Assembly: GCA_034722055.1 (NCBI GenBank)
Contig: JAYENL010000264.1
Location: 1,370 to 22,349 of the forward strand
Source: Armatimonadota bacterium
Lineage (GTDB): Bacteria; Armatimonadota; Zipacnadia; Zipacnadales; UBA5352
Direction: 5' to 3'
Length of the DNA: 20,980 nucleotides
In this document: positions 1 to 7,630 of the stretch, piece after piece
Layout of the letters: the number at the start of each line of letters is the position of its first letter
How positions within the stretch are numbered: position 1 is the stretch's first letter
The notes under the pieces: model-generated
Database searches by the model: none
What the model was told of the DNA's origin: nothing
What the model saw: only the letters and a program-made list of their open reading frames with translations
Translations under genes and position numbers: made by a program

Positions 1-195
1 GGGATGCCCGCCTACCAGGAGCTGACCGGCCTCAGCCGGGCGGAGGTGGCGCGGCGGCTGACGCTGATGGCCTGGGAGGAGGGGGCGGCGGGCATCAGCC
101 TGGAGTGCGTGGACTACAACAACTACGACGCGGAGACCCGCCGGACGCTGCGCGAGCTGACCACGGGCCAGTGCCGGTGGCGCCGCGAGCAGTAG
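1..195 (+). CDS. 3' end of a gene entering from the left edge; possibly the C-terminus of a TIM-barrel glycoside-hydrolase-like protein
   Basis: Frame open from base 1 (GGG ATG CCC...) to TAG at 193-195, with strong GC3 codon bias. 'AWEEGAAGISLE' resembles the last helix/strand of GH-like barrels. Confidence 0.6.
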   Translation, partial: GMPAYQELTGLSRAEVARRLTLMAWEEGAAGISLECVDYNNYDAETRRTLRELTTGQCRWRREQ

Positions 196-235
196 CCTTC
201 AGTGGCTGCAAGTTCGCGTATTGCCCCACGTCACG

Positions 236-319
236 GTGGCGGCCTTGGCGCCACCACGGAGGGGCCGCCGCAAGCGAAGCGAGCGGTGGGAGGTCCAGAG
301 CATAGCGAAGGACCTCCCA
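236..319. repeat. Two hairpins (REP-like or bidirectional terminator) between convergent genes
   Basis: Perfect 10-bp inverted repeat TGGGAGGTCC (287-296) / GGACCTCCCA (310-319). Second stem GTGGCGGCCTT (236-246) / GGGGCCGCCGC (261-271) with G-U pairs. Confidence 0.55.
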
Positions 320-372
320 GGTTCCACCCCGGCCCATCCCGCCTCAGGGCATGGCCGCGGCGCCGCGGGCCG

Positions 373-1794
373 CTACTGCTCGATCGGATCGAGGCTCTCC
401 TGCTCCGCCTCGGCCAGGTCCTCGGCCCGGGGCCGGGGGTGGGCCGGCAGCGCCACAAGCATCCAGATGAGCGTAGCTGCCATCACCGCCAGGGAGACCC
501 AGAAGCTGGTCCGCAGGCTCCAGGTGTCGGCGATCCAGCCGAACAGCGCCGGCGCCGCCGCCACCGGCGTCTGTATGACCCGCAGGAAGGCCATGTTGCG
601 TCGCACGTGGGCCTTCGGCGAGCAGGAGACGATGTAGTTGGGGTAGTAGACCCCGAACAGCTCCCCGGCGCCGTTGAGGCCGAACGCGAACAGGAAGGAC
701 ATTCCCCGCGCGAACAGGATCCACAGCACGCCCAGTGCGTCGAGGACGGTGGTGATCGCCATGCACGTCAGGGCGCTGGTCCGCACCAGAATCCAGCCCA
801 GGATGAGCCCGCCGATGACCTTGCAGGCGAACCGGAGCGCGTTCTGATAGCCGACCAGGGTCTCCGACGGCAGGCTCACGACCTCCTGCGTGTAGAGGAC
901 CATGTTGTTCTGGACCATGTGGGCGGAGTAGACCACCAGGTAGCCCAGGCAGGCGACGATGATGAGCCGGTAGCCCACGAAGCGCCCCAAGCCACCCAGG
1001 ACGCCCTGCCTGAATGGCTGCCGCTGGGCGTCGCGCCGGGGGATGGGGATGATGTAGAGCAGGGCGAGGTAGCCCGCCAGGGCCATCATCGGGAGGCTGG
1101 CGCCGAACAGCAGCGCGAAGCTCCACGGGTAGGAGATCGGCCGCCAGAGGGCCGGAGTCCAGCGGAAGACCTCGTTGGTGAGGACAAGCTGCGAGCCCAG
1201 CGAGCCGATGACGGCGAAGACCGGGCCCACGCCGTAGGCCAGGGTCAGGGCCGTGCCGCGCCGGCCCTCGGACACTCCCCGGGCGAGCGCCTCCCAGTTG
1301 AAGGACCAGATGACGCCATTGGCGATGCCCACCACGATGGCGTGAACGAGCAGGGAGGCGATGCGCAGCCCGTCCCACTTCGCCCCGGGCAGCACCAGCA
1401 CTGCGGCGACGACGCCACCCACGGCGGCGGTGGCGAAGAAGCTCACCGCGATGGCCTTGCGCAGCAGCCGGGCCTGGGGGATCAGCCAGGCGGCTATCAC
1501 CGTCATCGGCGCCATGCTCAGATAGGCGGTGCTGGGGAGATTCGCTACGGTCTTGGAGGCCCCCAGGCGCTCCAGCAGGGCCGCCTGCGTGAAGCCGATG
1601 TACAGGACCGGTGCGGCGAGGTAGATCAGTGACACCGTTGCCGCGAAGATGGCGGCGTTGCGCGTCTGCAGCGGCCGCTCCAGGTCCACCTGTCCGGCAC
1701 TCTCACCCGCCCCCTGCACCCCGTCGTCGGCGTCCAGCCCCATGTGAGGCGGTTCCGGACTCTCCTGGTCCTCCCTGCCGCTCTCCTCGCTCAT
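373..1794 (-). CDS. MFS transporter (about 473 aa)
   Basis: About 12 hydrophobic segments. MFS-like motifs 'GVSEGRRGTALTL' and 'FGWIADTWSLR'. Start placed at ATG 1794 behind GAGAGAGG; the ORF track's extension to 1974 looks non-coding. Confidence 0.85.
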   Translation of the reverse strand: MSEESGREDQESPEPPHMGLDADDGVQGAGESAGQVDLERPLQTRNAAIFAATVSLIYLAAPVLYIGFTQAALLERLGASKTVANLPSTAYLSMAPMTVIAAWLIPQARLLRKAIAVSFFATAAVGGVVAAVLVLPGAKWDGLRIASLLVHAIVVGIANGVIWSFNWEALARGVSEGRRGTALTLAYGVGPVFAVIGSLGSQLVLTNEVFRWTPALWRPISYPWSFALLFGASLPMMALAGYLALLYIIPIPRRDAQRQPFRQGVLGGLGRFVGYRLIIVACLGYLVVYSAHMVQNNMVLYTQEVVSLPSETLVGYQNALRFACKVIGGLILGWILVRTSALTCMAITTVLDALGVLWILFARGMSFLFAFGLNGAGELFGVYYPNYIVSCSPKAHVRRNMAFLRVIQTPVAAAPALFGWIADTWSLRTSFWVSLAVMAATLIWMLVALPAHPRPRAEDLAEAEQESLDPIEQ

Positions 1795-1992
1795 GGCCTC
1801 TCTCCGCCCGTTCGCAGCCTGGTCACTGCCCGCGGTCGGAGGCCGCTGTTCCCCCCGCCCGGCCCGGCCACCTTCCTCGGATGGCTTCAGGTGCGCGGCC
1901 GGAGTCCCCGGTCCGCCGCCAGGGCTCGCCGAGGAGTGGCTCCACGGCGCTGTCGCTGAGGATGCGGCCTCCACGGATGACGGCCTGCCGGT

Positions 1993-3114
1993 TCACTGCC
2001 GCTCGCGGGCGACGAAGTCGTCCTCCATGAGCCTGACCCAGGTGATGGGCTTGAGCTGGCTGCAGGTGATCCACAGCTCGCCGGGGCGCCGCTCGAAAAC
2101 GCGCGGGTAGGAGACCCAGGCGCCCTGCTTGCGCATGATCACCACCGGATCGCTCCACGTCCTGCAGTCATCCTCGGAGAAGCGGATGGACAGCTCCTCC
2201 CGGTGCCAGCTTGCCATGACCTCGGAGTACTGCCCGGCCTGCCGGGGGTACTCATCCTGGTTGACCGTGCCCTCCGGGTAGAGCCGGTTGTAGACCAGCG
2301 CGATGCGGCCGCTGGCGAGGCGCTGCAGGCCCCCGGGAGAGCTGCTGGCGGTGATGGGGCTGGGTCGCAGCTCCCGCCAGTAGCGATGATCGTCCGAGAG
2401 GGCCTCCCAGAAGCGATCCAGGTTGGTCCGCAGGAGCATGTAGAGACGGCCGTCGGAGAGCTCGGTCAGCGTGCCCTCACAGCCGCCGTCGTGATGGCCG
2501 TGGCCGCCGATGTCGATGACATTGCTGCGCACCCAGGACTGACCGTTGTCGCTGGTGGTGTAGGTGTACTGGGCGTGGCGTGCGGGATGCAGCAGCAGGT
2601 CCTGCACCGGGACCACGACCTCGCCGTCCGTGGTCTCGATGATGTCCATCACCGCGCCGCACCAGCCGTCCAGCAGCTTCTGCCGGTCGGTCCATGTCCT
2701 CCCGTCATCGGTGCTGCGAATCGACCAGACGTCAAGCTCCGCCACATCAGGCCCGCCCTTCTCGTCGTTCCAGCGCCACTGCTTGGTGCTGGCGTCCATG
2801 TAGACGAGGATGAGCACGCCGTCGCTGGTGCGGATGAGCTGGCCGGTGCTGGGCACGCCGGGCGGCTCGCCCTGGTAGATCGGCTGCGGCTGAGACCAGC
2901 TCGCGCCGTCGTCCTCGCTGGTGATGGAGGCGTTGCCCTGCACCATCATCAGCCGCCCATCGCCCAGCTCGACGATAGGCCCGATCCTGTCGATGGGGAG
3001 CCGCTCGCAGTCGGGATGCACCCAGACCTCAGGCTCCTGTTGACCCTCAGCCCCGGACGCGAGCATCAGACACAGCGGAACCGCCACCGTGGCCATTATG
3101 ATGACCTCTCTCAT
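1993..3114 (-). CDS. Secreted BNR/Asp-box exo-alpha-sialidase-like protein (GH33-like beta-propeller)
   Basis: Signal peptide. Asp boxes SEDDGASW, STDDGRTW, TSDNGQSW, SEDDCRTW. 'CEGTLTELSDGRLYMLLRT' and C-terminal 'SYP'. RBS GAGGAG upstream of the ATG. Confidence 0.85.
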   Translation of the reverse strand: MREVIIMATVAVPLCLMLASGAEGQQEPEVWVHPDCERLPIDRIGPIVELGDGRLMMVQGNASITSEDDGASWSQPQPIYQGEPPGVPSTGQLIRTSDGVLILVYMDASTKQWRWNDEKGGPDVAELDVWSIRSTDDGRTWTDRQKLLDGWCGAVMDIIETTDGEVVVPVQDLLLHPARHAQYTYTTSDNGQSWVRSNVIDIGGHGHHDGGCEGTLTELSDGRLYMLLRTNLDRFWEALSDDHRYWRELRPSPITASSSPGGLQRLASGRIALVYNRLYPEGTVNQDEYPRQAGQYSEVMASWHREELSIRFSEDDCRTWSDPVVIMRKQGAWVSYPRVFERRPGELWITCSQLKPITWVRLMEDDFVARERQ

Positions 3115-3238
3115 CGCTGGATCTCCTCGTGGTGCACGTCAGCTTGGAACTCGTGTGTACATCGGACGCGGAGGCCCGTGCAGCGGTGTCATCCGGAGCA
3201 AATGCACCGGGACCGACGCCTCGCAGGCACTGTGGAAA

Positions 3239-3352
3239 GACCATCCTCCCGCCCTCGAAGTCGGCCGCCTCGTGCCCGTCGATGCCGTCATAGCCGTTGT
3301 CCAGCACGTGCCAGGCCTTCTGCGGGATCAGCTCTCGCCGCAGGGCGTCGGC
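3239..3352 (-). pseudogene. Headless gene remnant (ADALRRELIPQKAWHVLDNGYDGIDGHEAADFEGGRMV)
   Basis: About 38 codons, almost all ending in G/C. In-frame TGA at 3365-3367 just upstream, with no start codon or RBS at the 5' end of the segment. Confidence 0.45.
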
Positions 3353-3402
3353 ACAGCAGCAGAGTCACCCTCGCCGCGTGTGGCGAGGCGGAATAGAACA
3401 GT

Positions 3403-3433
3403 CCGGCGCTCGCCAAACAGCGGCGAGCGCCGG
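3403..3433 (-). terminator. Rho-independent terminator-like hairpin downstream of the minus-strand DUF1559 fragment
   Basis: Perfect 12-bp stem CCGGCGCTCGCC / GGCGAGCGCCGG with a 7-nt loop, followed on the minus strand by ACTGTTCTATT. A smaller hairpin lies at 3369-3388. Confidence 0.7.
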
Positions 3434-3463
3434 GCGTAGCTGCGAGTCACATGCGTGTTCCGT

Positions 3464-4021
3464 CTACCTGTCGGCCTCGGTGGCGTCGTACCGCCACTTC
3501 CACAGGTCGGTGACGAAGGCCGGCCAGGGCGGACCGACTGCGGCAGCCTTGGCGGCCTTGGCATGCCCATCACAGTAGTTGGCGTTGACCCACTCATTGT
3601 GGCGATAGTAGCCAGCCCTGCAGACCTCATCGCCATACCCTTTGGAGTCAGATGTGAACAGGTTGGGTGTGAGCCCGCTGCAGAAGATCCCGGCGACGTC
3701 GGTCCAGGCCACCTTCTCGGAGGGCGACTGGATCGCGGCCAGCTTTGCCGCGCCCAGCCCACAGGTGGTCCATGACGTATCGGGCATGCGCAGAGGCGGC
3801 GTGCAGTTCCAACCGTAAGACATGAACAGACGGTTCGCGTAGTCCGCGCCGCCGTAGCCATAGGCGGCAGGGGAGGCATCGCTGGGACACAGCCACAGGT
3901 CGTCATTCTTCATGTAGGGCAGCAGCAGCTCGTGGACGTAGCGGCGGTCCCCATAGATACGGCCCGGTGTCCCGGCGTGGGGCATGCAGGTCAGGGGCAT
4001 GGTGTCGTCGTAGTCAGTTTC
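3464..4021 (-). pseudogene. 5'-truncated DUF1559 / H-X9-DG prepilin-associated protein (C-terminal part only)
   Basis: Reads (E)TDYDDTMP...LLPYMKNDDLWLCPSD...SYGWN...KLAAIQSPSEK...RHNEWVNANYCDGHAK (H-X9-DG). Lacks the N-terminal GFTLIELLVV...FPVF...CLSN part; the ORF's extension to 4105 is the antisense of the neighbouring gene. Confidence 0.8.
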
Positions 4022-4631
4022 CCCGGTGTTCTCTCGGGCCCGGGAGAAGGCACGTTCGACCGCGTGCCTGTCGAACGTGAAGCAAGTTGGCCTGGCATTC
4101 ACCATGTACTCAGCGGACTATGACGAGTCCATTGTGGGGACGTGGTGTGGTTACCCGCAGACTATTTGGGCCCACCTGCTGTATCCCTACATCAAGAACG
4201 AGCAGATCTTCAACTGCCCCTCCGACAAGTACGCTATCCAATGGACGAACGGAATCAACCCCGACACGGGCGCCGCCGACCGCCGCATGGCCTTCGGCTA
4301 CAACACCAGCTACGGCTGGGACAGAGTGCCTGAGCACCAGGGCCCCGGGCGGGCATGGAGCTACGGTCTGCGCAAAATCGCCGGCATCCGCGCCCCGGCC
4401 GAGTGCATCTGGATGGCCGACAGCCGCTTCTACCATCCGTCAACCTACGGATACACCATCCGCGACACTGTCCAGATCCACAACTCCGGCGCCTGGCCCA
4501 ACCCGCGGCACAATGAAGGCTGCAACGTCTCCTTCATGGACGGACACGCCAAGTGGCTGAGCTTCTCGTACCTGCGCTCGGCCGACGCCAACCATCACTG
4601 GTACGTGGACAACAAGCCGCATCTGCCGTAG
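4022..4631 (+). pseudogene. 5'-truncated DUF1559 / H-X9-DG prepilin-associated protein, starting at (F)PVFSRAREKAR
   Basis: PVFSRAREKARSTACLSNVKQVGLAFTMYSADYDE...LYPYIKNEQIFNCPSD...FGYN...RHNEGCNVSFMDGHAKW. In-frame TAG at 4011-4013, so the prepilin leader and hydrophobic helix are missing. No RBS before GTG 4026. Confidence 0.85.
4029..4079. repeat. Two adjacent palindromes at the junction of the two DUF1559 fragments
   Basis: TTCTCTCGGGCCCGGGAGAA (4029-4048, one T-G mismatch). CACGTTCGAC (4051-4060) / GTCGAACGTG (4070-4079) is a perfect 10-bp inverted repeat with a 9-nt spacer. Confidence 0.8.
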
Positions 4632-4665
4632 TCAGACTTCACGCTCGGGTCACGACTGCGCATCC

Positions 4666-4698
4666 AGCCGGGCGCGTCCGCACAGGGCGCGCCCGGCT
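4666..4698 (+). terminator. GC-rich hairpin downstream of the + strand DUF1559 fragment (terminator or stabiliser)
   Basis: AGCCGGGCGCGTCC / GGGCGCGCCCGGCT 14-bp stem (one G-U pair) with GCACA loop; no clear U-tract. Confidence 0.5.
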
Positions 4699-4870
4699 CC
4701 TCGCCATGCGTGCGCGCGCGTTATGGGGCTGCAGTGAGAGGCTCTCGAGACAGCCACGAGCGGAGCCACTGGACGCCCGAGCGGTCGGCATCGTCGCAGG
4801 AATCCCCCCACGCGGCGGTCAAGACGTCAAAGCTGCGGCGGACCAGCGCAGGCGCGGAGGGAGACCGCTC

Positions 4871-7558
4871 GTGATGCACGTATCAGTGGAGGGCCGGTGG
4901 AGGTGCGTCGGCGCCGTGCTGGCGGCGCTGCTGGTCTGCGCCATCGCAGAGCCAGCGCCTCCGCCGGGGCAGGTGACCCTCGCCGGCCGGCACCTCGCGA
5001 TCGTGCTCGACACGCAGGACGGCCTGGGCGTGAGCCGGATGGAGGCCCGCTCGGCTGACGGCGCAGCGGTGATCGCCGAGCACTCCCGCCCCCGCAGGCT
5101 CTTGCAGGTGATGCTCGCGGGCGATGCTGCCGAGACGGCCATCGACTCCACCGCCATGCAGGTCGTCTCCGCCCACGGCTCGCCGGCCTCGGGGCAGGTC
5201 CTGGCGCGCCACGAGCGCAGCGGGCTGCAGGCGCGGCTGCGGTGGTCGCGGTCCGGCGCCGACGAGCTGGAGCTGTCCCTGGCGCTGCGATCTCCCGAGG
5301 CGACCGAGGCGCACCTGGTGTGGCCGGTGCTGGAGGGCCTGCTGGCCAGCGTGGCTGCTGACCGCGTGTGGTACTTCCATCCGCGCAGCAGCGGCATCTA
5401 CAGCAACCGCCCCGCCGACCTGGCCTCGAACTACGGGCAGTACGTGCGGCTGCAACTGATGGGCTGCTTCGCCGCCGATGGGCTCGGGCTCTACGCGATC
5501 AACAAGGATACCGACATCCGCCGGCGGAGCTTCGAGCTTGTCAAGCGCGTTCCAGGCCGCGAGGCCGATGTCCTGCACGACGAGTACGGCTTCCAGAACT
5601 GGGGCGAGCTGGCCGACATCCCCGGCGTGGGAATGGCGATTCAGTCCAGGAGCGTCCAGCTTGCATCTGGAGAGCTTCACGAGCTGCCGCCGGTGGCCCT
5701 GGGCCTGACGCGCGATGGCATTCAGGAGGCGATTCGCCGCTATCGTGGCTGGGCGGAGAGCTGGTGCTGCGCGTCGAGGACGCCCTGGTTCCGCCAGGCC
5801 TTCAACTACCGCTGCGTGCGCATCTTCGAGGACGCCGGCCCCGAGGAGGTGCTGCAGTCGCTGGCCGGCGATGACTTCGACCTGCTGCACTACATGGTGC
5901 AGGCCGAACACCGTAACGGCGCCTACGGCTTCCGGGAGGACTGGGGCGTGGAGGCCCTGCGGCGGCTGGTCGGAGAGCTGCACGCCCGCGGCGTGCGCAG
6001 CAGCCACTACGTGGAGGGCTACATCGCGCACGAGACCACGCGAGTCTATCAGGAACATGGCGAACAGTGGGGGCAGAAGCGTGGCGGCAAGAACGTGGTG
6101 GCCTTCGGCAACATGGCCATGTGTCCATCCGCGACCGGCTGGCACCAGTGGCTGGCGGAGGTCACCACGCGCATCGTCCGTGAGCTGGACTTCGACGTCA
6201 TCTACCTCGATGAGCTGGGCTTCGGGACGCTCGACAAGTACGTGTGCGAGAACACCCATCACGAGCACCCGCCGCGGTATCGCGGCATCGAGAGCACCAG
6301 GCGGCTGCTGGCCCACGTGCGGGGCGCGCTACGCGAGGTGAAGCCGGGGACGCCGCTGGTCACCGAGGGCCCGGCCGTGGACCAGCTCTTCACGGTCCTC
6401 GACGGCGTCCAGGACTACGGCTGCCGCGACGCCTATCACCATCCCGAGTGGTACAGCACTCCCATCCACTGGGTGAGGTTCGCGCACCCGGACTTCAAGT
6501 TCTTCGACATCCGCGCCGGGGAGCCTCAGGACCGGGCATGGCAGCTCAAGCGCATCCTGTTCAACGGCAACGGATTCTGCTCCCACGGCCGCGGGCCGGC
6601 GCCGAATCGGCCGCTGCAGGATCGCATGACGGGGCTCTACCGCGATCACTGCGATGCCTTCTCGGCCGGTGCGCTGACCCCCATGCTGCCCACCCGGCAC
6701 CACGGGGTCTTCGCCAACCAGTTCGGCGAGGGCCGGAAGGAGATCGTCACCGTCTGCAACACGAACAGCTACCCGGTGGCGGGCGAACTGCTGGCGCTGC
6801 CGCACCGCGAGGGCGCCCACCTCATGGACCTGTGGCAGCATCGCGATGTCCCCACCCGCCGAGTGCGCGACACGGACATGCTGGCGCTTGAGCTTGACCC
6901 CCGCGACGTCACGGTCGTGGGGCGGCTCCCGCGGATGGTCGAGCTCAGCCAGGAGGGCATCTGGTTCGACCTTCGGGCCCCCGGCCACGAGCTCGTGCTC
7001 AGGCGCGTCGGCCCGGGCGGTCGCGTCACTCGCCACCGGCCGCTGGATGAGGGCGCAGCGGTTGATCTCGTCGAGGCGACTGAGGGAGGCCGCCACACGG
7101 TCCTCGCGTCTGCCCTGGCGGACGGCATCGTGGCCGATGAGCGGGTGCTGCCGGATCCGCGGAGCATCGATCTGGCGGACTTCGCCGAGGTTACCAGCAG
7201 CAACGGGGATGCGACCATCCGGGACGGAATGGTGTCGTGGAGCCTGAAGTGGGACGAAGAGCATCCCGGCTGGGTGCAGCTCACCTGGGCGCGACCGCAG
7301 CTCATCGGCATGTGTCACTACCGCTTCTCGCGAAGCCAGTATACGCCCCGGGACTGGAGCCTGCAGCGCCGCGGCGAGGACGGGGAGTGGGTGACGCTGG
7401 CGGACAAGACCGATGGCGCGGACGATCACTTCCAGCCGGTATGGACCGACGCCCTGCGCGCGGTCGTCAGGGAGGGCGGACGCTGGGCCAACCTGGCGGC
7501 GCTGATCGACTGGCAGGTGCGATACGAGCCACAGCCGGCGGTCGAGGACGAGCGGTAG
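4871..7558 (+). CDS. Secreted DUF6259-like putative glycoside hydrolase with C-terminal discoidin (F5/8, CBM32-like) domain
   Basis: RBS GGAGG before GTG/ATG at 4871/4874, then a signal peptide. 'YGFREDWG...LHARGVRSSHYVEG', 'MCPSATGW', 'FDVIYLDELG', 'LVTEGP' form a GH-like TIM barrel. C-terminal 'WVQLTWARP...FQPVWTDALR' resembles a discoidin domain. Confidence 0.7.
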   Translation: MMHVSVEGRWRCVGAVLAALLVCAIAEPAPPPGQVTLAGRHLAIVLDTQDGLGVSRMEARSADGAAVIAEHSRPRRLLQVMLAGDAAETAIDSTAMQVVSAHGSPASGQVLARHERSGLQARLRWSRSGADELELSLALRSPEATEAHLVWPVLEGLLASVAADRVWYFHPRSSGIYSNRPADLASNYGQYVRLQLMGCFAADGLGLYAINKDTDIRRRSFELVKRVPGREADVLHDEYGFQNWGELADIPGVGMAIQSRSVQLASGELHELPPVALGLTRDGIQEAIRRYRGWAESWCCASRTPWFRQAFNYRCVRIFEDAGPEEVLQSLAGDDFDLLHYMVQAEHRNGAYGFREDWGVEALRRLVGELHARGVRSSHYVEGYIAHETTRVYQEHGEQWGQKRGGKNVVAFGNMAMCPSATGWHQWLAEVTTRIVRELDFDVIYLDELGFGTLDKYVCENTHHEHPPRYRGIESTRRLLAHVRGALREVKPGTPLVTEGPAVDQLFTVLDGVQDYGCRDAYHHPEWYSTPIHWVRFAHPDFKFFDIRAGEPQDRAWQLKRILFNGNGFCSHGRGPAPNRPLQDRMTGLYRDHCDAFSAGALTPMLPTRHHGVFANQFGEGRKEIVTVCNTNSYPVAGELLALPHREGAHLMDLWQHRDVPTRRVRDTDMLALELDPRDVTVVGRLPRMVELSQEGIWFDLRAPGHELVLRRVGPGGRVTRHRPLDEGAAVDLVEATEGGRHTVLASALADGIVADERVLPDPRSIDLADFAEVTSSNGDATIRDGMVSWSLKWDEEHPGWVQLTWARPQLIGMCHYRFSRSQYTPRDWSLQRRGEDGEWVTLADKTDGADDHFQPVWTDALRAVVREGGRWANLAALIDWQVRYEPQPAVEDER

Positions 7559-7630
7559 CGCAGAGACCGGCGGGTGGCAGGGCCGTCCAGGGTTGCCCAG
7601 ATGAGCTGCCCGGCGGCGGAAGGAGGAGGC

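Larger units (their letters stand above)
4009..4635. repeat. 9-bp direct repeat CGTAGTCAG at 4009-4017 and 4627-4635 bracketing the + strand DUF1559 fragment
   Basis: Read directly: ...GT CGTAGTCAG TTT... and ...GC CGTAGTCAG ACT...; the second copy contains the gene's TAG stop. Confidence 0.6.

Noticed and set aside
355..368. Perfect palindrome CCGCGGCGCCGCGG
   Set aside because: All G/C in very GC-rich DNA; plausible by chance.
3193..3210. Imperfect palindrome CCGGAGCAAATGCACCGG upstream of the sialidase gene as an operator
   Set aside because: Several mismatches, no second copy seen and no regulator gene in the window.
4022..4105. N-terminal extension MVNARPTCF...AFSRARENTG of the 213-aa minus ORF as a true DUF1559 N-terminus
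   Set aside because: It is the antisense of the + strand gene; FSRARE appears only because of the palindrome. There is no RBS, prepilin motif or CLSN segment.
3464..4631. Diversity-generating retroelement or classical shufflon
   Set aside because: No reverse transcriptase, no TR/VR pair differing at adenines, no recombinase, and no repeated crossover site at equivalent positions in the two fragments.
4553..4870. Upstream extension of the 1001-aa ORF
   Set aside because: It overlaps the DUF1559 gene end and a hairpin; the RBS and signal peptide point to a start at 4871/4874.
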